From the NCBI GenBank assembly GCA_964016885.1, contig OZ024744.1, positions 44,826,001-44,890,000 of the forward strand: 64,000 bases of DNA, in the 5' to 3' direction. Positions 13,501 through 26,150 of the stretch are shown piece by piece. Numbering within the stretch: the stretch's first letter is position 1; each line of letters opens with the position of its first letter. A program made the translations under genes and the position numbers. The stretch comes from Eledone cirrhosa. Lineage: Eukaryota. Below the pieces are notes generated by a model, which searched no databases, had not been told where the DNA came from, and worked only from the letters and a program-made list of their open reading frames with translations.

Positions 13501-14224
13501 AAAGTTGTTGTTTTCTTAAGGCCCGGTCGCTGGTGGTGGTGGTTGTGGTGGTGGTGGTGGTGGTGGTGGTGGATGTTGTTGGCAGTTGATGTTGTTTTTG
13601 TGTTGTTGTGTTGTGTGTGTGTTTTTTATTTGCTGTTTTTTCGTGGGGTAAGTTTTTAATTAATTTTTGTATTCTGAAACATCAAAATACAACAATGTTT
13701 TGGTCACTGGACTCGGGAATGTCACGACAGAAGTTTGTGGAAGTTACACAAATATTTTCGTATATTTTACCAGAGCAATCCTTATTTATATTTTACATTT
13801 TACATTTACTTACATCTCAATATAACATGGCTAAAATTCAAATTTTGAAAAGTGAAGAAAACGGACAAATGAACTAGATACATCTCACTGTCCCCCACCA
13901 CCACAATAACGTCTACACTCTCTCCCCACCCTCACATGTCATTACCCTATCTAGACTAAAGTCATCGACCTGTTGACAAACTCTCTACTCTGTGTTGAAT
14001 GTGTATGTGTAGTTATATCTATGTATATGTGTGTATATACATCACTCAGTCAAACGACCAGATTTCAACCCCAACATCTACAACAACAATGGCACTAATG
14101 TTTACAGCAACAAAAGCTTCAGAATGAAATGAAATGAACATCAAACGATTAAAAAAAATTAAAAAAAACACAAAAAAACATACATACATATATATATATA
14201 CATAGATATATATACATAGATATA

Positions 14225-14867
14225 TGATGGCTGCCCCCTCGTTATCGAGTATGGCCATTGCACGATATACCATTATTAATAATTGTTTCTACTTTTGGCA
14301 CAAGGCCAGCAATTACCCAGTACATTACTGGTACTTTATTTTATCGACCCCGTAAGGATGAAAGGCAAAGTTAACCTCGACGGGATTTCATTAATTAATT
14401 CTATCATGCAATGCCTGTGCGTGAAGATATTTTTTTTAAATGAGGAAAGACTGTGCACTGAGCCAATCCCACTCTCTGAGCGACAGTAGCTATAATCCGA
14501 AAAGAAGAAAATATCAACATCATCGGTAACTACTGAGCCGCAAACCTGACAAAGGGCGGAAGAACTGATATGAGTCAACGGCCATCCAAAAGTGTGTAAA
14601 TATGTATATACACATGTACATATGTACGTATATGTATTTGTGTATATATATGGGTGCATGAGTATGTATATGCGCGGGGACATAGCAATAGTCGGGCTGG
14701 ACACCCGATCGCGCGGTTAAACCACTGGGAGTGAAGGATCCCGAGCCTTTGTCAGGGCATTCTTCTCGGAAACTGGGATAACTCCGACATACATATATGC
14801 ATACATACAAACATGCATACATACATACATGATGGCTGCCCCCTCGTTATCGAGTATGGCCATTGCA
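14225..14867. repeat. Interspersed repeat with ~38-bp terminal direct repeat, interrupted by a minus-strand SINE piece (14281-14386)
   Basis: tgatggctgccccctcgttatcgagtatggccattgca occurs at 14225 and 14830. A related copy lies at 15860-16200. Confidence 0.65.
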
Positions 14868-15004
14868 TGAGAAAAAAAATATATATTAATAACAATAATA
14901 ATAATAATAACAGCAATAATAATAACGACAACAACAACAATAATAATATACATATATATATACACACACGCACACACATAAACATATCTATACACACACA
15001 CGAT

Positions 15005-15720
15005 AGCAATTAACAGCGCTGCGATCGAATGTGGCTTTTTAGCCCATCCAATGATCTAAAATGTCTTGCACAAAGTCGGCAACCAAAACATTCACTGGGA
15101 ATAGCCGGCTGCGGTTGGAGTTCATGTACTTTTGCATGTCGTTTGAGCCCTCCTGCTGATTTACATTCTCTACCACATGTTTGGCAAGCATGATCAGTAG
15201 CATCTCCAACAGCAGCCTGGTAGTCAACCACTGGTCTTACTTTATGACTGCGAAAATGACTTTCGAGTCCAGCTTTGCTTAGGCAGAGTCTCGCACAGAC
15301 GCTGCATGTCAGCACCATAGGAGGACCCTCGCCGTCTGGAAGTGCAACAGAAATGCCCTACCTCACATCCCGCTTTACTTTCTCGTATGCGATTCGAGAT
15401 GCCTCAAAGGCAACTTTTCCCTCATATACATTCTTTCTCCATTTACTACGATCAGCTGCAATATTTTCCCATGTATCAGCAGAGATGTTAGCGTCTTTCA
15501 GAGAGGCTTTCAAGGAATCCTTACACTTCTTTTTTGATTTATGTGGCGGTCGTTTTTCTTTAACTAACTCTCCATAAAAGAGTTGTTTTGGTATTCTAGA
15601 ATCCTTCAACCTGGTAAGGTGACCACTCCAACGGAGTCGTTACTTAAGCACAAGAGCTTCTATACTGTCACACATAGAGCTTTCCAAACTCTCGACATCA
15701 CTGATATGGTCCCCCCAGTG
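15005..15720 (-). mobile_element. Second 3' fragment of the RTE-clade LINE, with three C2H2 zinc-finger motifs
   Basis: Highly similar to 805-1520. Motifs are CSVC..SHFRSH, CQTC..RHAKVH and CRLC..SHIRSQ. Confidence 0.88.
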
Positions 15721-15859
15721 AACATACATACAAACACGCATGCATGCATACATACATACGTACATATATACATACATACATACATACATACATACATACA
15801 TACATACATACATACATACATACATACATACATACAAACATGCATGCATACATACATAC

Positions 15860-16195
15860 ATGATGGGTGCCCCTTCGGGAGCATTGCACGATATAAAATT
15901 ATTAATAATTATCAATTAATGTTATCGTACGATGCGTGTGCGTGGAGATATTTTTTTTAAGAGAGGAAAGACTGCACTGAGCCAATCCCACTCTCTGAGC
16001 GACAGTAGTTTTAACCCGAAAAGAAGAAAAGATCAACATCATTGGTAACTACTGAGCCGCAGGTTTTATGTCGGAGTTATCCCAGTTTCCTGAGTTGCCT
16101 CCTCCTAGAAGAATGCCCTGACAAAGTCTAAGGGTTCTTCACTCCCAGTGGTTTAAACGTGCGATCGAGTATCCAGCCCGATTATTTCTATGCCC

Positions 16196-16200
<5 letters not shown>
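15860..16200. repeat. Second, internally deleted copy of the 14225-14867 repeat
   Basis: Shares gactg..cactgagccaatcccactctctgagcgacagtag and other blocks, one of them in inverted orientation. Confidence 0.6.
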
Positions 16201-16223
<23 letters not shown>

Positions 16224-16226
<3 letters not shown>

Positions 16227-16339
16227 GGAACAAATAGGACCCCGACGGCTGAGCTCAAGCCGTCTCGACGGCTAATTCTGGATTGAAATAGCCGTCGAAA
16301 CGGCTTGAGCTCAGCCGCCGGAGTCCTACTTGTTCCTAT
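16224..16339. repeat. ~115-bp near-perfect palindrome next to (TA)n
   Basis: taggaacaaataggaccccgacggctgagctcaagccgt... / ...acggcttgagctcagccgccggagtcctacttgttccta. A half copy lies at 22636-22700. Confidence 0.8.
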
Positions 16340-16414
16340 TACCCACTCTACTACCCTAAGTATTGAGTGCTTTGGTGCGTTATGGTCCATGTGGTTCCTT
16401 ACCACATTCCTTCG

Positions 16415-16535
<121 letters not shown>

Positions 16536-17178
16536 CATCTCCTAGAATTAACGATTAACTGATAAATTTAATTAGATGATTCTATTGATTGATTAATTGT
16601 TTAAGTTTGTTTGATAACTTCTGGTTGAATGCTTTATTCGATTTGTCTAAAGCGATTTATTCCTTTACCTCAAATTAAAATTCACCGCCTAAGCGGGGGT
16701 TACCTCCCTTGGAGTAAACCACGTGTCTGTGGCGACATTTAAAGCTACAAAATACCCACTCTGGCTAAGAACGAAAGACTTGCTGAAGAAGTAAATCCTA
16801 TGTTCTATCGTCAAAAACCATTATATTGCAGACTCCTGCAATAGGAATTTGTCGATCTTGGATTTGCAGAAACTTAGCGCTGATGTTGGATGTGATATTG
16901 TGATCTATATTGTGGATATACGATGTAAGTTATATATTTTGCACTCAGCCTCACCGCTATGTCCGGGTCAGAATAAAATCTTTTCCTGGGTCGTGTATTT
17001 TCGTTGCTCTAGAGATGCGGCTGGACTGCCGACCGGTATATCTGATTTGCTAAGCTGTCTGAACGTAATGTTATTACTCTGGGGTCTTTCCTCATCTGAG
17101 TACTCAAGCTACAGACCGATTATGTATATACGCTAGCTTGGCCGTATTCTAAAGCTTCTTCAATGCTGTACTAAAATT

Positions 17179-17210
<32 letters not shown>

Positions 17211-18104
17211 ATACTAGCTAAGATGCTTCGAATAGGCGGTATGCCGGTTGAGCACTCTATGTTCGTACAGAGCAGAGTATGATATAATATAAAACGAACA
17301 ATCAGTGATGCATCTGAACTCAATTTATCGTGTTACAATTGTTTCGCTGGCAGACAGCTCGAGACACGATCATTGTGTGGATCTGTCTGATTCTGAATCT
17401 GCAGGTTCGACAGACACTTCTAATGACTTCGGATCAAATTTTCTCACTGGGGTGTTAGCGTAAAAAAACATCCTCTTGGCCCGTCCAGTTATTAGCTGTT
17501 GTTTTTCTACGTCATTATAAATGTTGACCAACAGGTACTGTCTTACTGACCATCAGCTGTGCTTTTTTCTGCCACACTTCAATGAATCCCTGCTGGGTTT
17601 GGTAGTTCACACGTCCACGCGCGCACTCACACACACACATATATATATACACACTCACACACACACGCACACAATCATATAAATAACAACATCCGTACAA
17701 ATATACTCCCGCTATACATACGCACCTAAAGAGAACCCATAAAACTATAGACATACACGTCCACAGACGTCTGCCTACATGCTCTCGTACATCAACTCAC
17801 ACACACACGCACACGCACACAGGCGCACACACATGCATACGCGTATATCTACTCGTATACACAAACACGTACAGACATATACATAGACACGCACACGCAC
17901 ATACACACACGTGTCCCTATATACAGGAACACAAACAGACTCGCTCGCAAACACACATATATATGTATATATGTATATATACATATGTATACACACAAAC
18001 AAGCCCTTACCCTACAGTGGGTGCACGTACACACACACACACACACACACACATATAGACTCTTATATACACTCTTACAGATATGCGCCTATTACTACAG
18101 GCCG

Positions 18105-21100
18105 ACGCACGTCTACAAAGATACATACTTATATCTGTCTATACACAAAAATATGTTATACACACAAAGTCATATAAAGCTACATAATGGGTCATACAAA
18201 GGGTCATACATGAAAGGGTGTATCTTGTTATACACATATATAAACAATATAACCATATACATACATCCATACACATAAATATATATATATACATATATAT
18301 ATACACATACACACACACATATATACATACACACACATACATACACATATGTAAAAAACCTACAATATACTAAAATATACATATAATGTCATACATTATA
18401 GGATGTATCTTGTTGTAAACATGCACATATAAAAACAAAATAACTATATACATACATCCATACACATATACACACACATATATATATATATATATATATT
18501 TACATATACACACATATATACATAAACGCATACATATATACACACATATAAAAAAGAAATATACAATATATTAAAAATATACATATAACATCACATAGAG
18601 ATATATAAAAAAGAAGAAGGGACGTGTATGCGTATGAGATAGTACACAGGAGGAGTATGAGATGTACAAACATCATGTACACGACATACGGATTACCTCC
18701 GAAATTAAGATCCACAATCAAAAGCATGGAAGAATGCCAGGATTTACTTGTGCCCTCGGACAAAACTGGTAATGTATACATGCTTGACCGTTTTAAATAC
18801 AACGACTGCATCGGGAAAGAAATTAGGAAAAATTACAGGACCACAGGACAGGACAACCTAGATAACATTAACGCCACGACCAAAAAGAAATAATGACCGG
18901 GCTAGGAATAGATGATAGGACCGAAATATATGTACCTAGAAAACCTTGGATATCCATTAAGGATCATAAATTAGACTTTAGAACTAATCTACCTGTTAGG
19001 CTAATAACACCGTCCAAATCAGACATAGGTAGGACCAGCAAGAATATCATAGACAGAATACTACCGGTACTTAGGAACAAAACTAGGCTTATCTTATGGA
19101 CCTCCACTAAGGAGGTAATTGACTGGTTCTCGCTAATAGATAGCAAACAGCAGGTAAATTGTATTTAATTTAGATATAGCGAATTATTACGTGTCAGTAT
19201 CCCCTGTAATAGTGAACAAGGCCCTCATGAGCGCCATGGCCAAGTCCAACCTCACTAGGGAGGAGGCTAGCCTCATAGTAGCAACGAGAAAGACGCTAAT
19301 TAGATTCGAAGACAAGTTATGGGAGAGGAGGGACAGACCCGACAATTTCGATATTACCATGGGGTCGAGCGACTCGGCGCAAGTGACCGACCTGTTGGGG
19401 ATCTATCTCCTCCATAGATTAGCGGAGGAGAACCCAGGCATCGGCGGAGGAATATACAGAGATGACGCACTTTTTACCTCCCATTTCCCAAACCCCAGCC
19501 AGATGGAGCGTATGAGGAAGCGCATATCGCATTTTTTTAAAGCAACACGGCTTACCCGTGACGATAGATCCTAGCAATAAGACGGTGAATTTCCTGGACG
19601 TTACCCTGGAAATGAATACGGGCATCCACCGACCTTATCACAAGACCAATGAGAACCTGCAATCGAACCACCCCAAGTCAGTCATAGAAGCAATAGTTAA
19701 AGAGGTATCTAAACGCGTATCCACCCTGTCGGTCAACGCCGACTATTATAAAGAGCACTGCGCAGAGCCGGTTACACAGACAGCATAGTGTATACCACAG
19801 ACAGAGAAGAGCCTAGCGCCGAGCCATGCGGATACGGCAATAGCTGTGGCACTTCCATAGGTAGAAGAAATGACGCGGTACTAGCCTTCAAGAACACGAG
19901 TAGCAGCACAGTTTACCTTAAAGACAAAGGACCGACAATACAAAACGGAATACCTTAGTAAGTGAAAGGCGTAACCATGACGCCCACAGTAGACATATAA
20001 TAGAGGCAACATAGGGGGCGTAATAATAGGCGGGCAAAACCCGAGACGGACATCAGACCCAAGACACACTCACACTACTACACACACACGAAAGAACAAG
20101 ACTAGATCTAAGGCCGTTACATGGTTTAACGCGTCGTATTCTAAGCATGTATGCAGCAATGTGCCAATGCTTTTTTTCCAAACGTTAGACGAGTGCTTCC
20201 CGCCGTCGAACAGATACCACAAGATTTCCAACCGCCACACGGTGAATTTTTCCTTCTCCACAGCACCTAACATGGCCGACTATATGACCAAAACCAACGC
20301 GGTAAAGATGGGGAACCTCGACCGTCAACCGCGGCGGCAGAATGGCCGTCCATCGGAACCCGGAGGGCCCCTCCTGGACCGGTGTTCTAACAACAACCCG
20401 GCCCTCGCGGCGGCCAAACGCCCGCAGAAGGCGACACGATCCAACACCGGGAGGGAATGAGTGACGGAGGAGAGACCACCGTGCCGGCGGAACAACACCC
20501 TGAGAATGGGGAGAGAGATGCCTGACGAAGGGTCTGGTATATAAATGTGTAGTTAGCACGCACAATATAAAGCGCACCTACATCGGAGCAACATCCACGA
20601 CTTTTAAATCGCGGATGTATAACCAGACGAACTCTTTCAAGGACCGCAGTAAGAGACACTCTACTAGGCTAGCGGACCTGGTGTGGGACTTGAAAGACAA
20701 GGGCACCCCGTACACCCTTGACTGGAGTATCATTCGGCACGTGAATGTATACTCGGCTGGAAGTAGAAAGTGTAGCCTATGCCTATACGAGGCCATGGAG
20801 ATAGTCAGACTGAAGGATGATGCGGTCAACCTGAAATCGGAAATAATCATGACGTGCAGACACCAGAGAAGGTGCACACTCTCCGCATGGGATCCACCGG
20901 GAAGACCAGGCTAAAGGCATGTGGCGGAGCGCACGCCGACCTGAGCGCCGAAACGGGTTCAAGAGATCAGACATCATACCCTGATGACAGTATATGCCCC
21001 GTGGGGTAAACCAAAATAACCCAAGATGCATACCCGACTTTGCACGTCACCTTAGGCAAGAACATCGCCTGAGCCGGGATAGGTTGATCCGGATTCCACT

Positions 21101-21840
21101 GACTTTCACTCAAATACCTTACACCTATAGGACAACATACCTCAACCACAATGACATACTCCAGTATGGCCGGTCCACACACACCCATGCATGCGTACCT
21201 TTTCAATCGAGAATCCATACTCTCCACGTATTCCATTTTGGAACACATATTATTTGCTCCATATACAGGCCCAAGTGTACATCTCATACTCCTCCTGTGT
21301 ACTACCTCATACACACACACGTCCCTTCTTTTTTATATATCTCTATGTGACGTTATATGTATATTTTTAATATATTGTATATTTATTTTTTATATGTGTG
21401 TATATATGTATGCGTATATGTATAAATGTGTGTATATATAAACATATATATATGTATATATGTATATGTGTTTGTGTATGGATGTATGTATATGGTTATA
21501 TTGTTTATATATGTGCATGCTTAGAAGATACATCCTTTAATGTATGACGTTATATGTATATTTTAGTATATTGTAGGTTTTTTTACATATGTGTATGTAT
21601 GTGTGTGTATGTACATATATGTGTGTGTGTGTATGTATATATATATGTATATGTATATATATATATGTATGTGTATGGATGTATGTATATGGTTATATTG
21701 TTTATATTTGTGCATGTGTATAACAAGATGCATCCTTTCATGTATGACCCTTAATATGACCCATTGTGTAGCTTTATATGACTTTATGTGTATATCATAT
21801 TTGTGTATAGACAGATATATGTATGTATCTTTGTTGACGT
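18105..21840 (+). mobile_element. Penelope-like element 2 (RT + GIY-YIG, degraded) flanked by ~550-bp inverted repeats
   Basis: ORF pieces 18700-20914 give PSDKTGNVY, PVRLITPSKSDIG, FDITMGSSDSAQV, GGIYRDD, FLDVTL, SNHP, VYKCVV..YIGAT and CSLCLYE. 18105-18670 is the reverse complement of 21270-21840. Confidence 0.9.
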
Positions 21841-22583
21841 GCTTGTTTTTTTTTCCTATCTTTGGTTTGCTTTTATCCTTCTATATTGTTTACTTGTCCC
21901 AATAACTTTTTTTAGTTATTGCTCGCACCAACCTGAGGTATCTGATTTTTAATGCGATGAAATATCAATGATGGATGGCTGGAAAATCACTGACGAAGGA
22001 CTATTTTTATCATATGTAACCCATGTGCAACCACGCAGTATTCTTCTTTCTTCTCATGTTTTTTTATACATATTTACCTCGGCTGCGTTTGTCTGTTTCT
22101 CTCTTACTGCTTCCCCGCTCTCTCTGTTTCTCTCACCTTCTTTCGCCCCCTCTGTCATTTACACTTTCTCTCGAGTGACCTCCTCCTCGCACTTCCACTC
22201 ACTCACTCTCTGTTTCTCCCCTTCTCACTTCCTCCCGTTTGGCTTGTAGTGGGTCTCTTCTTGCTTACATCCCACTCACGTCGGACGGTCTGTACCTTTC
22301 GCCCATGAAATCCACCCAGATTATGCTGACCGGACAACCATGTTGCTTGTTTTTTTTCCTATCTTTGGTTTACTTTTATCCTTCTATGTTGTTTACTTGT
22401 CCCCCTCGCTTTACGCGATTTACTGGTCCCAATAACTTTTTTTAGTTATTGCTCGCACCAACCTGAGGTATATGATTTTTAATGCGATGAAATACCAATG
22501 ATGGTTGGAAAATCACTGACGAAGGAATATTTTTATCATATGTAACCCATGTGCAACCCCGCAGTATTCTTCTTTCTTCTCAT

Positions 22584-22588
<5 letters not shown>
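21841..22588 (+). repeat. About 1.4 copies of a ~526-nt tandem unit (family C), ending in (TA)n
   Basis: 21841-22065 is repeated at 22345-22588. A homologous unit lies at 48231-48805. Confidence 0.75.
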
Positions 22589-22638
<50 letters not shown>

Positions 22639-22974
22639 AACCAGTAAGACCTCGAATGCTGAGCTCAAGCCGTTTCGACGGCTATTTCTGGACTGGATAT
22701 ATATATATATTTATATATATATATATATGTGTGTGTATATGTGTGTGTGTACATATTGATATATTTTGGGATAACCGTTAACTTTTATGAGTCATTCCAC
22801 CCTTTGTCAGGTTTTGTTTTTTGTCCTGCAGGGTGTCCAAAATCACTCTCCTCACTAAGTAAACTTAGTGGAGTTGCCGGTTTAGTCGCCGACAACCCGA
22901 CTATGGGACAAGTAGTACTGGGTTACATGTTACCAGTAAGGGTGACCGGCATAAACATACATATATACATACAT

Positions 22975-25550
22975 ACAGAAACATACGAAATAAATGAGGA
23001 TATGCTTGAGACTGTGATAGGAAAACTCCAAGATAAGAAAACACCAGGTAGAGACATGATTGTCGGCTACTGTTACAAAAAACTGATATTCTATCGGATG
23101 TATCTTATTGACATCTACCAACAAGTTCTTAAGGGAGATACACCTATACCAGAATGGTTGACATTAGCACAAATAATACTGGTCCCCAAGAACAAAGACA
23201 CCCACTTGGAAAAAAACAACCGACCCATTGCATGCCAGAACCTGATGTATAAGATGTATACAGCCTGCCTGAACCTATTCCTTCAAGATCACTGTGAAAA
23301 TAATAACATCATCACAGATGAACAAGCAGCTGGATAGAAAGGGGTTTGAGGATGTGCTGAACAACTCCTAATCAAGAAAAACTGCGATGTCGGGAATATG
23401 GCTACAGTCTGGCTGGACTACAGGAAAGCTTTCGATTCTGTTCCCCACTCTTGGATGATAGAGGCCCGCCAACTTGCTAAATCCCAGACATTATTATCAG
23501 AGCCAGAGAGAAGGTGTCTTCTTGGGCTACTATACTAAAGTTAACACCAGAGAAAGATTGCTCTATTTTCACTGATAAAATAGAATATCACAGCGGTAAA
23601 TTTCAGCGAGACAGTCTCTCTGTGCTACTTAACCCATAATTTCTTTGTGGATGACCCGAAATTCTATACCAAGAACATAAATGGGATGAAGAAACATCTT
23701 GACCTGGTTACAACATTCTCAAAGGATATAAGAATGGAGTTTTGCCAAGATAAATGTTCATATATGACTGTAAAACGGGGAAAAACTACAACCAAATCTA
23801 ACATTTTTATCAATGGCCTAACTGTTTCACTGATATCTGACAAGGACTGCTACAGATACCTGAGAATATATTCTATAATTGTATTTGTAATAAGGAAGGC
23901 GTGACCAGGGAATATTACACCCTATTATTTAAAATATGGTCATCGAAACCCTTTGCGCACAGTGGCTCACAGTGTGTTTGCTGTGCCTGTCCTAACACCA
24001 ACGTTTGGAATACTCAATTGGATGATAGACGAAATCCGATGTTAAGACTCGAAAAATACTAAACAACACCGGAAACTTCCACATCAGCAGTGACCACCTC
24101 TACTTGAAACGTAAGCAGGGAGGCAGAGGCCTAAGATCAGTCCAGACAACGTTTGAGTGTCCCTCCGACAACATTTACAAATCTCCAAGCGAAGGAGCCC
24201 ATCTATTGTGCAAGTCTGTCTGCATGAGACAGATAAGATCACGGGAGCTGGGAAGGACTAGTTGAAAGGGAAAATGCCCAGCAATACAGCAGTGAATCCA
24301 TGAAAGAAAAATGACATGGTTATCAGCAAAAAAATCCTGCATGGATATGTTGCCAGGAAGCTCCTGAGTGAAAGTAATATAGATAAGCAAAGTAATCTCT
24401 CTTGGACCAATAACCGCTATATTGGCTCCCACTTTGGAGGATACCATGTCGCATGGTCGGGTCGTCGGTGACTAAACCGGCAACCCCACCAAGATTACTT
24501 GGTGAGGAGAGTGATTTTGGACATCCTGCAAAACAAAAGACAAAACCTGACACATGGCGGAAGAACTCATAAGAATCAACGGCCATTAAAAAAACCCCTG
24601 CCAAATCAATGAGTGGCAGTAGTTCCAGCTGCACCCATCGTAAGACTTGTGTAGTGGTTCTGAGAACAATGCGACTTTGCAGATGATCAATGCAAATTGA
24701 CAATGGAAAGGAGCGCCCGCTCGAGTTAATGACCTTCAGGAGAAACAGCGACCACTAATTGTATTCAGCAACCGAAACAAATAAGTACACCAAATCTAAT
24801 GTACCTAGGGGCGGCTCTGGTTCTTCTTATTTGCGAGTGAAAACTCGACCAGATTAGATTAGATTAGATTTGAAGGATACGCTTTTGAAATCGAAGGAGA
24901 GGAAATCAACACAAAATACCTGATTCACAAAAGAGATGGGGATGCAGGCAAAACAACTAGATATGACAAGTGCAGACTCTGCAGAATTGACATCGAAGAT
25001 GTCACCCATGTCATTAACAGCTGTCCAAAGATGCCATCACGGTACTATCAACCCATGAGGCCAAAACGCTATACAATGCAATTCGTAGAAAAGATAGCCC
25101 CAACAATAAACATATTAGAAGTTGCAACAATGTGGAAAACATATATACATAATATGAAAAAGTACTGGTGGAATGTACCAGTAAAAACCCCAATAAAAGG
25201 CAAGCATAACAGACCAGATATAATGATATGGGACAGGGAAAAGAAGGCATGCACAGTAGTGGAAGTTAGCTGTACAGCAGATGCCAATATAATATTAAAG
25301 ATTAGCGAATAAGAGAATACCCATGCAGAACTAATGAGAAATCTACAGATACTCCACCCTGACTATACCTTCAGATTATCACCTGTGTTTATTGGGGCTC
25401 TGGAATAGGTTAGTAACTGCCCCAGAACAATTCTTGAGAAGGTAGGCTTCCCAGAAATAGAAAGAACATGGCTAGTTAGGAAATTACAAGTACAATCCAT
25501 TAATGGAACTGTAAAAATATGTAAAACATTCCAAAATTCTGCATCTAATA
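22975..25550 (+). mobile_element. Degraded RLE-type non-LTR retrotransposon (RT + CCHC + RLE), interrupted at about 24447-24860
   Basis: KKTPGRD, RPIACQNLMYK, EQA.G, WLDYRKAFDSVPH, F(V/M)DD, CRLC...H.INSC, HNRPDIMIWD..VVEVS. Confidence 0.85.
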
Positions 25551-25669
25551 ACTGCATGTACAAATGTGCAGATACAATGCATATGCAAAATGCACACATA
25601 TAACTGAAAGTAGACACATCCACACATACATGATATAACAGGAAATGTGACTGTGGCTCACATCGCATC

Positions 25670-26150
25670 CAAGTGTAAACACCTAGCCCAGACACACTAT
25701 AAAGGCTGGAGGCATGATATAATAGGAAAGGTAATTGACTGGCATCTATGCAAACTGAGTAATTTACCACATTCTGAGAAGTGGTATGAGCATTAGCCAG
25801 ACTCGCTGATAGAAAACATTCAAGTGAAGGTGCTATGGGAATTCAGGATAGACAGACAAGAAATTAGAACACAATAAGCCTGACCTGGCGGTTTTTGACA
25901 AGGAAAAAAGATCGTGCCTAATTGTAGATGTAGCCTGCCCCTTTCACAAGAAAAAGAGAATGAGAAAATTAACCGATACCATTAGTCCAGCCCCCATTTT
26001 TGGAACACTTCAAATGGCATTCTTGCTGGAAACAGCAATACCCCTCCGATATGTCCTGAATAATTGAGGCTGCAGGTAACTGCTTGATATTCATTTGAAC
26101 AAACTTTCCAGTTAAATAGCATCAATGACTGAGACTCCGAGGAAAATAAT
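25670..26150 (+). mobile_element. Degraded RLE-domain 3' fragment, same family as 1-628
   Basis: Begins agtgtaaacacctagcccagac, identical to position 1, and has the same 3' UTR (ctgcaggta...ttccagttaa...atgactgaga). Confidence 0.85.

Noticed and set aside
15010-15318. Host C2H2 zinc-finger gene
   Set aside because: It is contiguous with the RTE RT C-terminus in two copies, so it is TE-encoded.
20938-21015. CTGATGA and GAAAC motifs downstream of the Penelope 2 ORF
   Set aside because: Order and pairing do not give a convincing hammerhead by eye.
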